Below are positions 35,217 to 49,468 of a stretch of 64,000 nt of DNA, in pieces. Source of the DNA: Magallana gigas (taxonomy: Eukaryota). Within the stretch, counting starts at the first letter, position 1, and each line of letters opens with the position of its first letter. The DNA lies in NCBI RefSeq assembly GCF_963853765.1, contig NC_088855.1:27342001-27406000 (forward strand), given 5' to 3'. The position numbers and the translations under genes are program-made. The notes beneath the pieces were generated by a model. It was not told where the DNA came from. It did no database searches and saw nothing but the letters and a program-made list of their open reading frames with translations.

Positions 35217-37131
35217 ATGGAGAAACGATATCAAGCTCAGCATATCTACATTAATTATAGGAAAGAAGAGGATGCGCCCCGGCCCACCCGATCCATACTA
35301 CAGTCTTTGTTTTCTATCTTGGTGGAGTTTCTAAGCCTCTGTAAACCAGAGGAAAAATTTTCCTTTCACGAGTTTCATAAGATTTTGAATTTTAGTTCCA
35401 GCGAAAGTGATTTTGATTTAACTAAAGCTTCGGAAGCATTTGAAACCTTAGAATTTTTTTTAATTACGATATGGAAAAATTCATGGAAACCAGAATTCAA
35501 AAGAATACGAGTAAGTACATATCTGAATGAAACGTTGTCTGAAAATTTTGGTAGACAACACATATGAATTTAGCTGCATGTAATTATGCCAAAAAGGATG
35601 TACATTTTTACAGTATAATTATTAATGGTTAGCCTATCATGAAATGTGCATACAGTAATTTGATTCCGGTGCATAATTTTGTGGAATAATTTATATTGAT
35701 AACACAGGACTAGTTTTCATCCGCTTAAAGGCTGATCTATTTTTAATATTTTATGACATATTTTTTTTCCAGAAATATTGTGGATTTTATCAAACGAAAA
35801 TCGAATCGCATTTAAAGAAATCAGAGGAGGTTTTTAAATTAATCGGCTATGTGGAAAACGGGGATACATTAGTGTTAAATAGGAGGCTTAATCAAGATGT
35901 TGTATTATCCGTAGGATTTGAATGCATCTTAGCTTCCGTCGAGTGCATTCTAGTGTCCAGAATACGGAATAGAATCGAAACGCCTAAACGACCGTATGAA
36001 ATCTTTACCTTGAGACAAAAATATTGCGGGAGTGAAGACGAGTTCGTCTCTTTATTGGCCGGATCAAGAAAGGACGCGCACGCAAAAACTCATTCAAAAC
36101 TAGACGATACAGAGGTGGATCACAATTCTGTGACGTTTTCTCCGTCGGAGGAGCGGCCTGGTCACCACGATATTCCTTTCATTGACGATGACGCCGATGG
36201 ACACAAGGAATACGATCAAATCAGTCCCAATTTCGAGGAGGGGACGTTGGATGACCATCTGATGGCGAGTTTAAAGTTAGTGAGCAAAGAGAAGAAGAAA
36301 GTGGAAGAGCCGGCACCTTCCCCGAAAAAAGGCTCCGAGGAATGGTCGTTTGTCACGGATAGTTTGAGAAAACGGTACGGCGAGGAATATAATTGGGGAC
36401 AGCGAGGGGATATATTACAAGCCGAGCAATCGACGAACCATATGATGCAGCAGGATGTTCGAAAGGAAAAGGGTGAAGCGATGAAGCGGCTAATGAAGAA
36501 GGAGAGCTCGTCTTATCGAGACTCTGGTTATGTTGGTGGCAGTAGTTTTCAAAACGTTAGCCACAGATCTGACATGTTATCTCGGGCTGGTTGTCCTGAG
36601 ACTAAAATGCCATCTTCTTATAGCAAGCCGATTCACCAGGCGACAACTTACGCTCATGCGCAATTACCACCTTCCTGTTCCGGCGGAAACCTAGTTGTGT
36701 CTCCAGAGGAGCGGGATATAGGCGGCGGCGGCGGCGAGAAGCTACAAATAAATGACCGTGTAGATGTGAGGTTCGATAGGTTAGCTGTAAATCAGCCTGT
36801 AATAAGCAGCCATTCTGCCCCTATAGCGCGGAAACTTTCCAAAGGGGCCGAAGTGGTTCCTGCTGCCAGTAGTAGCAGGTTTGGGAGTCGTAGCTTGACA
36901 GAATGCGGTTGGGTGTGTCCGTATTGCACGATACGAAATCCCATCGCTAATCCAATTTGTTCCGTATGTAGTAAAACTAATGATACGAGGGACACGAAAG
37001 TGGCGTCTAAATCTATGGACGTCAGGTGGACATCCAGGCAGTGTGCCCAATGTACGTACGTTAATCATTCGGATCGCACGGATTGTGAAATGTGTGGTAA
37101 CACATTAAACGATACCTACCCCGCATCATGA
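35217..37131 (+). CDS. SPATA2: SPATA2/tamozhennic-like protein (PUB-like domain plus two RanBP2-type zinc fingers, about 550 aa)
   Basis: Exons 35217-35510 and 35773-37131 (phase 0). LE..WKNSWKPEFKRIR|KYCGFY..IGY matches the SPATA2/Tamo PUB-like core; WVCPYC..N..CSVC and CAQC..N..CEMC fingers at the C-terminus. Confidence 0.8.
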
Positions 37132-39345
37132 ACAGGTTACACTATATAGACAGTTTTAAAAAATTATGTTTGATAAATTGTATTATCGCAAAGAAATTTG
37201 GCTAGTGTTTCAAGAATCGCCTGCAATGTTAAACACAAAAAACTCCACGCTTATAAGAAAATCAACACTCTACATTTTGTTAATATTAGTATTGTGATTT
37301 CGTTATACAAATAAATTAACGATAAAACTATCTTTAGATTTTCTATTAGGTAATATCTAAATTTAGTATAAAATATACAGGTTAGCGCAAATGTAATACT
37401 TGTAAATTTAAATGCCTAGCAATTTTGAAGTGCTGCGAAACGTCACAAGAACAATGTTTAAATGCACAATCATGCGTCTGACATTATAAATTTCTGTCAT
37501 AAAAACACCCTATACCTAATATTTATTAGGTATAGGGTATTTGTTTTTATTATCACAAAAATTTATAACGTCAGGTGCCTGTGATGATAAGGTATAAGTT
37601 TTGCCTTAGTAAATTTATATGTAAATTGAAAAGTCTTGAAAGTAAGTCCTTCATAAAAGTCGCACTAATATTAGGAGCTACCTGTATATGTACAGAAAAA
37701 ACTAAATTGCTGATAGAAAATTATGACCGAAATTGATATCTATATCTAAATGTTCATGGCCGTTTGGGGGAAAGCATGACTTCTGTATATTCGATAATTC
37801 CTTATTTTTATTTCAAATCCAGATATATTGTACATGCATATTGATTTTTAACAACGATATTTTTAATAATTTGAACATGGCATATTACCTAAGTAAATTT
37901 TTCATATCAGTCAACTTAAATGCACGTACATTATCAGTATCCAATATGTTGGGGAATATATTGATTATCAACATCAGGATGCCATTATCAGTATATCCAA
38001 AACATTGGAGAGTATGTTGATAATGGACATTCACCAAGAATACTGTTGGTACATGTACATATTGTTTATATGTTGAGTGTAATACACGCGCACATTCAAA
38101 ATGGATCAACAGTTGATTCCACCCAACTATACTTTTACTCCGTTCTCAACAACACTTTAATATTAATGATATGTGTTAGATTTGGGTTTTATAACCCGAT
38201 CGAGTCTGTTTTCAAGTACTTTTTTTTGTACCAACCGTCGTTCCTTCTTTTTTTTGACTAATCAAAGTTGACATGATGATTGTTACCAAATGTTACAAGT
38301 TGTAGAAGTTCTTAACATATAAGCAGAAATGGTAAACAACTACATTATGTGCATGGGACTATCCTGAATCAAACTAATACTGATTTCACAAAAACACAGC
38401 GTGTTGCAAAGGGTATACATGTAATGGTTTTGATACGTCAGTGAAGTGTATTGGTCCTTTTCTTTTGTCAGCGCAACGCCTCAAACCAATGGACAGAATT
38501 TAACAAAACTTTGTGTACCATAAGAGAATAATGTTTCAAGATAGTAGAAATATTGGAGTTGCATGTATTTTTAATACCCTGTATATTTTTATGATATTCA
38601 ACATTCAATTTTTTGACAGAAATAGAAGGAGATCCTTTTTATTTTTCTATTTGGCAGTTGTAATAAGATAATGTATATAAACTAAGTTTCAACAAATAAG
38701 CGGCAGTTGATCTGCGCATTGCTGTGTATCGATTTCGGGTTCCGTTTTGATTGATTTCGTTTCCTTGGATTTTGTCTCGTTTTACATTTTAACAGAAAAG
38801 TAGCATTTGTCTGTTGTCGTAGGTGCTGCTGTCATTGTCAACTTTTCTCTTCGTATGTTTCTATAGTATCTAGGTAATCGCCCAGTATAGATAAAAAAAA
38901 AAGTGGAACAAATTCATCCGTATATATTTACATCCATCTATTGCTTCATCACCGATTCATACTTTTTATTCATCAATATTTTGCATATAACAACCTGCAC
39001 ATGATGCGATGCATCTTTGGAAACGGCATACCGGTTATTTCATAAAAACACTTTCTACATTAATGCGTACATTGTTGTTCATAAGAAATGTTGTTTCTAA
39101 TTCAGGTGCATAACGGAGACTTCACACAGTAAGTAATGTTGGAAAAAGTTAAGCAGGCATGCAAAATATAATATTCCCAAGCGTATAAGTAACTTTATTA
39201 AATGTAATATATAATATAAATAATAAGTAATATATATAAATTACCTTTTCATGCGATTAAAAGAAATATGTTTTTAAAAAATTCCAACTGTTCGAGGATT
39301 CGAACCCAATCCAAAAAGTCGGATAGGGTTACAATATACTAGTAT

Positions 39346-39585
39346 TAGATCTAGATTTGACTTTTTACAGGAAAATTTTACATTGAGCGTTCCTATATTA
39401 CAAAGGTTTTAAGTTAATTTTTTTTTAAATATTCCTCTTTGAAACGAAATCAGGAAACGGCATTTTCTAGATCTAGATTTTACTTTTTACAGGAAAATTT
39501 TACAAAGCGTTTTTATGTTACAAAGGTATTAAGTCAATTTTTTTAAAATATACCTCTTTGAAACGAAATCAGGAAACGGCAGTTT
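39346..39585. repeat. Two-copy tandem repeat of about 120 bp
   Basis: TAGATCTAGATTT..TTTTTACAGGAAAATTTTAC..CCTCTTTGAAACGAAATCAGGAAACGGCA occurs twice. Confidence 0.85.
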
Positions 39586-42500
39586 TCAAGATATTGTCTG
39601 ACTCTAAACGGTAAGATTGAATTTATTTTATTTCAACGAGGCAATGTTTCTCAGCAATGAGGATTTTCCTTTTATAAAGCATGAAATCTGTCATAATTGT
39701 CTGTGTAATCATTTTCAAATTTATTTCATGGTCTTATAATAGTAGTACAAAACTTTCCAGATAAAATTCCACACTACTTCATGTACGAAGTTGCATGCAA
39801 AAAAAAAAAAAAAAAATACATCGAATTCTTTAGCTTTGATTTTTCCATTTTATCTGCAACACCTTTAGGGTAAAATAACAGGAACTGCAACACCTTCTTT
39901 GCATTCCATATGATTCAAATTAACAAATATTCATTTTACTACTCTCGAGTTATCGATCAGCGGTGCATCAATCCGTATCAAGGATATTTTTTTTCGGAGC
40001 GCAGTTTTAGTCAGCATCTATCCTCCAATTTCGAACAAGAAAATCTAACCTCCAAAAATGAAGGTCACTTTGACCTACATATGTAGTAAAGGGGAAAGTA
40101 AATTGACACAGTACTATGGCATTTTTTAAAAACGGGCAATAAATACATGAACGCGTTTGCAATTGCATCTTATGGTAACCGTAAATTACAAATTTTGTTC
40201 CATTATAAGACAAATATACCAGGTATAAAATTGATTGAGAAATACATTGTAATTTCACTGAAACTTTTAATCTAAAAAATCTAGTAAAAAAGTCCACGTT
40301 CACCGTATTTTCAGTCATGGATGCCTCATTAACAGTACACATATTTTACTTGTCTCGAGATCCATACCGGCGCACAAAACATAAGTTCTGTGAAGTAGCA
40401 ATGGAAAAATAAAAACATGTTGCAAATCAGGCACTGAAATGATGTACAATTATCGAATTACTACTTGTTTTAAACAGTCCACAAGAATCTCAGAAAGTAA
40501 ATTGGTAATCCTTATCTAGAATTCTGACTGTCACTCTTCCTTTGAAACCATTCATACTCGGTGTCCCAAAATTACCAGTAAAAACCAGCCTGTAGCCAGG
40601 GTTGTTCTTATCTATTGTCTAACATGCATGTATAAATAACAAAGCAGTAGGATTACAATTATAACTCGTGTTTCAGAAAAAGATAATGAAAAGATTGAAG
40701 ATAGCCGTTATCACAGAAACATCAAATCTTTGAAAGATCGATAATTGTGATATATAGATGGTAAGATCTTGTGTGGAAGTTAATGGATATTATAAATAGT
40801 ATTGTTATTTGTTTTAAACACACAGTGCAATCAATTTTACAATTTCCTTGGGTACATAACATAATAATTTGTTAGTTTCTTTAAATTTGAGTTCCCCGTG
40901 GGTACCTCTTCACCGATTTAATTTCGTTAAGTTCCTTACAGTACAATTAGCAAAACTAAAGAAATTCTGATCGTACACAATATGTATTAAACAAAATGTG
41001 AATTCCATGATAGAAATGATCTGTCGATCTATGGAAAGTTTTGACAGACTCAGCCAGACTGTAAAAGTTATGGGAATCTAAGTGAATTGACCAATCATTG
41101 TTCCTTGTACATTAGTCGATTGGTTGTATATGTCGATTATAAAATGTATAGATAAAGTGCGTGTAAATAAATAAAATCAATTAAATGAATACTACTTACT
41201 AGTGAAATGAATCTAATTATATTGTAAAAATTAATTAGGCCTAAAAAATAAAACCAATTTCCTTATTTTTATTACAAATTATAAATGCATATAATTTCAG
41301 TTTGTGATACATTTGAAATAAATTCGTTATATCCAGATTTAAATTAGGATGTTTGAGTGTTAGCCCCGGTATATGTTTCATACACCAAGAGCTATCAAAT
41401 CCTTAAAATCCTTGAAATGGCAGCGGACATGTCTGCTATTCGTGTATATTTCATCACTATATGATTCAAAACTTTCTCTTTCTCAAACGTGTGGGAGAAC
41501 ATTAGTGTAATTGTAATGTAGTTCTTTTCTGAATTCTCATTTTAATGGGCTTTTGTTCATAGGATTATTTTACAAAGAAAAATATCTATTGAATGATAAA
41601 GCTTTCAAATCCTGCGTGAACCCCTTTCTATAATAGATTCTTTTAAATAATCATATTTGCATCTTTATTTGTACCGTTCTTCTCTTTTTCTGTTCCCCAG
41701 TTCTGCTTTAGCACCAACATAAATAAAAGTTTTATGTTGCGATGAGGGAGCACAGATGCGAGAGGGCGTAAAATATCCCACACCTGAAGCAATGAGGCTA
41801 GATTTTCAAAAGTTGAAAAATGTTCTGTCTTTACCAGTAGCCATTGTTTTTAACCTTAATTTTATGACGTAAATTATTTGTGGTGAATATCCGTACTGTT
41901 AAAATATTTAGCAACACACGTTTATATTAGCGTCAATATTAATCATTTACATTAAGTTGGTTAATTAGACCTTATTCGCTATGTAGTTAGGGCCCTTGTA
42001 TTATCCCGTGTAAACTCCTTTTGTCCATAAAAAGATATTCCTGTTAAAACGTTTCTAAACATGTGTCTTACTCTTTATGTAGTTGTCATTTGTTTTTTGC
42101 TGCTGTTACCTATATTTCGGATGTTGATCATGTCTCACCGCCCCACAATCTGTATGGCGTCATGGCTTTGATGGTTTTTGGTGATCTGCCTAATTATTAT
42201 TGGATTTAAAATTATATTTTATTTGATAAGAGATTATATCATAAATATACAAACAAACAAAATTGTAAGATACTTAGAAAACAAACATTTTCAAGCGATC
42301 ATGACATTAAATCTAATCAAACGCAGAGACGGATTTAGAATCGTGACGTCACAATCTTTAATACGTCATAATACCTTATCAGCTGTGCAACTGAAAGGCG
42401 TTGTTTGCTTCTAAAGAGAAATTGTGTGGAGATATTCGTTGTCTGTCTAAATATTCCAACACAGGAATATTGTATTAATAGATCAACAAGTTCAGAATTT

Positions 42501-43306
42501 TGCAGAAAAAGTTCACAATTCACGTGAGTAGTTTTTAAATAAATACAAGTAAATTAACATTTTCTTTTCTGTTGATATTAACGTTAAATTTCCTCTATTT
42601 GCTCTATGTTTTTGCCCATGCTCATGCATTTCTTCGATAGCGTGTTTGATATTCTTCTTTTCATTCAAGTAAACTGATGAAATTTGGGTTTCATATTTTA
42701 TTAACTAAAGTACGTACAAATCCACTTTTATAGATATAAAGATGATTGGATTAACAATATTTGTGATGGTTGTATTCGAGACCTATAAATGGTGGAGAAA
42801 TGATGGTAAATATATTAGTTAGGAATATGAATATTCATTATGCTTTTAAAATTGTTATATTGTCCATGTATTGCAATTTTGCATCATAACTAACGATTGA
42901 TGAAATATTGAAGCGTCATGCATATGAAACGAATCATGATATATTTGCTTTTTCATATCATTTTTTCAGATGAATCAGATATTGACAATGAGATATCTCA
43001 GGAAATTGATGTGATGCTAGAGAACATCCAAAAATCTTTGTAGATTCTGAAATGAAGATAAAATGAAATATATTATCATTTCTATGAGATTTTTTGTTGT
43101 ACTCATTTAATCAAAGGACTTAATGCAACATAACAGAAGGTATACCAGCGCAAAGACCATTATGCACCATACAATCCGGAACTAATTTGTTCGTTACAAA
43201 AATGTTCAGGAAAAAAAATGATTTATTTTATAAAAGTAAATTTAATTTCAAGATATGAGAGCTCCATGATAGTAAGGAGAAAAAAAGTTGCTAAAATTTC
43301 TTCCAA

Positions 43307-43349
<43 letters not shown>

Positions 43350-46300
43350 TTTAGATTTGTACAAAAATTATAGTTAAAGTCACTTTAGTTTAATACAATT
43401 TTCCGTTAGAACGTTAGAAATGTGAAGTGAGTCATCTTACCGGTTTAATAGGCCACCTTTAGAAAAACACAATTTGAAATGAATTACAATTTTCCATTCA
43501 ATGTGTTCATTCTTGACTTTGTTGTCATATACTAAAACAGAGTGAGAGCACTTTTCCTTTCAAGAAATATATTTAACCACTATATGTTGCAATTTCATAC
43601 AAAAACTTTGTATTCATTTATATTTGTGCATTTTATTAGCCACAAAAGATAGAATATTATTCAAAATAAAAGTATTTTTTGTTCCAATTTGCTGGGAAAC
43701 CAAAGGTAACTTGCCATGTGTCATTTGGATACTTCCTTCCAGGTGGGCTTTGAAAGACAACAGTAATAAATAAGTTGATAAACATTTATTGCAAGATTAC
43801 TTCTTATGTTTATTGGCGATAGATACTCTATCACAACCAGACGAGATCTAGACAAAATCTTTCTGCTTCACCATTTTACCATTACTGCCATCCACACAAC
43901 TTTTGGTCCAGATGGCTTTCCATCTTGATGCTTAACACTGTATTGATCTATAGATTTAGAAATTGATTTTGTAATGCTAAATGAATAATATAAGTAGTTA
44001 TCAAATACCATTTATGTAGTTATCAAATCCGGACTGCGGACCGTGGCTGCATTCCAATACAGAAGTGCGCAGTTTGAACTAGAAAGTGACACTTTTATAA
44101 CTTCTTCGAATTTGTCGAACACGGACTGTCTAATTGATTTCCAGAATTCCAATCTACGAAGTGATTTTGAAGTTTCATCCTAACTTAATTAGTCAGCCTG
44201 CAGGCTGACTATACAGTAAACATGCGAGATATTAATTTCAACATGCAAGATAATTTACTATAAAATAATGATATATATTATTACAGGCCTCGCAAGAGTG
44301 CGGTCTATTTTGAGGGTTTTCAGTTTGTATATGCGTTTTTGCGGGATTAGTGTAACCAGTTTAATCGGGACTCCAAAACGGTGTTGACTCCAAAAAACGG
44401 GAGTCTATGGCTCCATCATGCTTAAAAGAAAATGGCGTTTCGATTGTAAACAAAGTGTGAGTTATGTCCCTTGGTTAAAAAATTCTAAAATTGGCAAAAA
44501 CCTGACAAAATTTAATTTTAAAATTTAGAAACATTTTTTTGAACGTTTACGTGTCATATTTAAGGCAAGCTGTCTACTTGTATTACGTAAGATAAATTTT
44601 CAAAATGAAAAATCACCAATAACTTCGATTGTGCACAGCTGTAACAGTACTGTTTAGAGTAAATCAAACGCTTGGGTATATTTATTTATCATTGTTATGT
44701 TAAAGTATAGTCTCATTTTAATCATTTTCAGGCTTAATTATTCAATTATCATGAATAATTATATATTTAACATGTTTTCCCAACACCGGAAACGCCGCGA
44801 GCGATTATAATTGTTTTGATGATAATTATCAATAAACAATTTAATAAGTGATTGTATCTAGAGTGACAATTTGTTAATTTTTTTATGCCTTTAAACATTA
44901 ATTTATCCTATTTATTCAATTCAAATAAGTTTTCAATCGTCTCTAGCGCAGCCAGTTTTTGTCAGTTATCGAGGCTTTTTTCATTAACATGCTTATCAAT
45001 TTGTGTTACTGGTGATTTTAAATTGTAATACAATACGATAACAGTAAATTGCAATTTACCTTTTAATAACAATAAAATACCATGAAAAACACAAATATAT
45101 CACTTTTCAGAGTTAGTGCAAATAAAGCCCTATTTTGTGTAAATACGATTAGTAATAATTTATATCCGGGGACTTTTAAAACATTTTAGAAGTCTGCCAA
45201 CACATGCAACACTTTGCAAGACGATTTCCTGTAAACCCAACGTTTTCGTCGTATAATTGCAATATTTTGTTCAAATGCGCTTGCTTTGACTCCGAAAACG
45301 AAGTCCAAAATGCTTGCAGAAATTCACTTCTGTTGACTCTGTTTTGGAAGTCCGACTTGACTAGACTGATGTTTACAGAGGCCAATCTAGCCTACAGCTG
45401 ATTTTAAAATGCCATTGGCTTCAGGATATACTAGTAAATGTCAAACACCTCAACCCATGGACAATTGCATATATCTGAGAACACGGTCAAAGATTTTAAA
45501 CAGAATGACACATGTATATGTAAAGTCCTCGCAAAATTTTTATTCAAACATAATATATACATATCGTATAATTCTCATTTGCAACTTATATAAATAGAAT
45601 TGTAACTCCAACAAAATAAACATAGACAAATTAACCAAAAATTATTCTCAAAATATAAAGAATATTCCTCGTCAGTGTTCAAAGAGTCCTTCAAAAACTG
45701 CGGCCTGATATCCTTGACGCTTGCATCAAGATATTATTCTTGTATTATATATGATGACATGTTATTTTGAATAAGGCGCAAGTTAATAGTAACAAAAACA
45801 CATTCCCTCAAAAGAATGGTACAGTTATCTTGCCAACAGACTTGTTATCTAAAACGATAACATATTTTTCTTTGCATGCTGACATCATTTATCTTGCATG
45901 TAGAGGGAGGGGCAGAAATATGCCACCATATTGATGTTATCTTCTTGAAAGGGGACTAGGTGACAAAATAAGCATGTGGCTGCACTAGAAATTCTAAAGT
46001 TAACTTAAATGACATTTATACAAATAATGACCATCCTCCGGATGAGCACTCAAAGAGGTAAAGGATTATACATGATTACTTCTTAGTAATGATCACACGA
46101 AATAAACATTCTATGAGACAGGAAACAGCTGGTGGTGATTGAGCATATGTGTAGCAAGGTGGTAGGTATCCCGATTCTAATTATCACATTATTCGATTTT
46201 AAATTTATTTGTTTTCGCATATCAATGGTATGAAAACGAAAGGGACCACATAGTACCATTTCTTGACAAATATATTAATGCCCAAGTACCATAGGAAACA

Positions 46301-47698
46301 TATCATAAACAAAAATTTCTAGTGACATCATTACAAATCAACTATTACTGCCATACGATGTCGTGTCTCCGTTACAAAAAAAAATTACTACGCAGATTTA
46401 ATTTTCCAAAGCCAGTTTCTGATAAAACCAGAGTGAAAAAAGAACTGGAAACTGGATCGAAGTCAAGGTTTTACATTTTGTAAAGATCAGAAGAAACTCT
46501 TTGTTAATGCTTATTAATTTCTCAAGGGAATACATCTATGTAAGTGTCGTTAAAGTATCCTTAAATCTAAGAATGAAAATCAACGAAGTGCCACAGGATA
46601 GCGCGAGCCTTATTAAGATTAATTGAAATGCACAATACCATCCGTATTGTCCACATGATGAAATTTTGGAAACGTGTATTTAGCAGAATTTGTTACCAAA
46701 TATGAGACAACATTAACAATACCTAAAACTTCAAAAGGTATGCCAAGGTACACATCAGAAAAAACAAGAGAAAAAAAATTGCAACGTTCAAAAATGGCCT
46801 CTCTATATTCCAGATATATTGAAGGGTGAAGAAGGGTATTATTAAAGTTTGTTGTTTTTGTTCCTCCAATTTCGCAATGAACCACAGATTTTAACTCCAT
46901 ATATAAAAGCTTTTCGTCACAAGAAGCAATTGATGAATCAACATAAACAGTTATTGCAGTAAGTTTGATAATGTTGTTAAGCACTTGTTGAGTTTGGATC
47001 ATAATCAGTTGGAAGATGTTATTTGTGTGTCTGCGCCGTCAAATAAACAGCTGAATAATCTGGTTTTAGAAGAGGGATTATGTAAAAAAAAAAAAAAAAA
47101 AAGATATTTTCTCTTTTGATATAGTAAATGAAGAGAAAGAAATCAGTGAAACTAAGAGTGGTTTTGATATAGAATTGTTTTTAAAAAATTGCCCATTTAT
47201 CTAAGACCGAAGAAGATTACTAAAAAAGATATCGTTGCTGTCACCACCTCAAAAACAAGTGTTTGATTATGTGCAAATGCTGTCACATTGCACAGACCAA
47301 TTAAACTTATTCCTTATATGAATAAGACACCTTAAAATGTGTTGCAGAAACTGGTTCTTAAGTGAATATTTTCTTCGTCAGAATTGACACGAGTACCCAA
47401 AAACGTTATTAGCATCACCTATAATTGGTGTAGCTGCCTTCAATACTAATGGGCACACAATACATGCCTCATTTCAACTTCCTACTCAAGACATATCAAA
47501 TGAAAAATACCGACTATCGACACCAAAAAGCTACAAGTTGTTGAGTGATACATTCAACCTGAGTATGTTCAGTGTATGATTTTAGATGAGAAAAGTATGG
47601 TAAGTCATAACATTGTGGAACATAAACATCAGCGTCCTAATGAAATTGAAGGCCATTATCTTGAAGCTGACACCAATTTTGGAAACATTCACATTATA

Positions 47699-49468
47699 AA
47701 CACTGTGCCGTATAATTATGCCAGTGCCAAGGTGGCATTTTTGCACCCGCTTAAGGTGGAATGTCCCTCTGATAAGAGAGATAACTTCTGTAGAAATTAA
47801 TATCACTTTGTTTCTGTTAACTCACAATTATTAATGCATGTAACAACAAGGGAGGTGGTGCATGGTCCCAATTTATGTTGGAAGGTGATACACTTATTTG
47901 AATTCAAAGATAGAAAAAGAAAATTAGAACTGAACCCCGTGGCTCTTTTGAAGCGGGGGGGGGGGGGGGGGGGGGCAAAAAAGTAAAGAAAACTTTTACA
48001 AAATATTACAAGAAATGTATCATAATGATAAAGTATTTATGAGGCAATATCTACATGACTATTCCTCCCCCTCTCCCCTCCCGATGGATTTATTCTTTTT
48101 TTAAATATAACTAAATTTTATGTACTTGTTCAGTACATGTACGGTACATGTTTGATATTTTAGGCCATAGAATATTTGGATTGAATATTTTTATTTCTCT
48201 ATCTATAGCTCGTTCACAGAGCTGAATGAATTATAATTGGGAAAAATGTGACCAAGACAATTACAAATTCTAGACTTAGTTGAAATCGTTTATTAAAACT
48301 TCCCCTTTTTGTGTTACATTACAAAATGCTCTGGTTTACATTTTTAGGATTTCTTAAATATATATCCATTTACTATCATCTTATCCAAATTTAAAAAAGA
48401 AAACCTTTTCTGAAATTTAAGAAACTGTGGCAATTTTTCTTGCACTGTATGTAAAACATGTATGTAAAACCTTCAATAGTCTATGATAAAGAAAGATAAC
48501 TCTTGCTGATTGAAGCAATTTTTGTTGCAAACCTATACAACAAAGTGCTATTCTGAACTAAAATGCAGCGCTTCAATATGTTTTGTAATATGAATTGAAA
48601 ATGTATATAACTATATATTATTTTCATATACATTTTGGATTTTTAATTTTATGCTGCGATGGTAAAAAAAAAAAAATTCTAATCACTATGCCTAGTTTTC
48701 TTCATATCATGATTATACATTTTATCAATTTTTGAAAAATCTAGCAACGCTTCATCACTTAAAATTTGTTTCATATGAATCGATTGATATTGACTTTGAT
48801 GAAAATCAATATGAATTTTTTAAAAAAAATTATGGCTAAATTAATAGCAGAGGGATATTACACCTTAAGATGCAGATTCGGAAAAATCCATGTATACCAA
48901 ATGATAGACCGCTATGTAGAGAGTATATAACCACTTTTGTCTTTAGTGTGTTTCACCTGACAGGTGAGATATTTACCTCTAAAATTAATATCCCATCGGT
49001 AAAATGATAATTCCCATAGGAGAATTGATTCTCCTACTGGAAATATTGACAATCCTATAGGAATTTTTAAAAGTCCTATAGGAATTATATTTCCTATAGG
49101 AGAATGGTATTTCATGTAGGAATTCGATTTAGACAGTCATGTAGTTTTCCTATAGGATATTAAGTTTTCCTCTTGGATTTTATCAAATCCTATCGGAATT
49201 GAAATTCCTATAGGAAGTTCTTGTATTCCGATAGGAAATTTCAAATTACCTATAGGAATATTGTTTTTCCTATGGGAAAAATTAATTTCCTATAGGAATT
49301 TATTTTTGAAAGGTAAATATCTCACCTGACAGGTGAGATACATTGATAACAAAGGTGGTTGTAAACTCTCTAAGCAATGATCAATCATATGGCATATTGG
49401 AATTTTTCGATATATGCAGCTTAGGCGGATGCAGCCTTGGCACTGGCATATTTATCCGGCACAGTGTT
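47699..49468. mobile_element. TIR element with 4-bp TATA target duplication inserted in helicase motif III
   Basis: TATA|AACACTGTGCCG ... CGGCACAGTGTT|TATA. Removing the element and one TATA restores HII-AFGD in frame. Confidence 0.85.
47755..48864. mobile_element. Kolobok-like element (TTAA target duplication, GG...CC ends) nested in the TATA-TSD element
   Basis: TTAA|GGTGGAATGTCCCTCTG ... CAGAGGGATATTACACC|TTAA (15/17 match). Confidence 0.8.

Noticed and set aside
44190-44211. 22-bp perfect palindrome TAGTCAGCCTGCAGGCTGACTA
   Set aside because: Probably a repeat terminus; no partner end or function could be supported.
46619-47002. 127-aa minus-strand ORF
   Set aside because: Antisense shadow of the plus-strand Helitron linker remnant.
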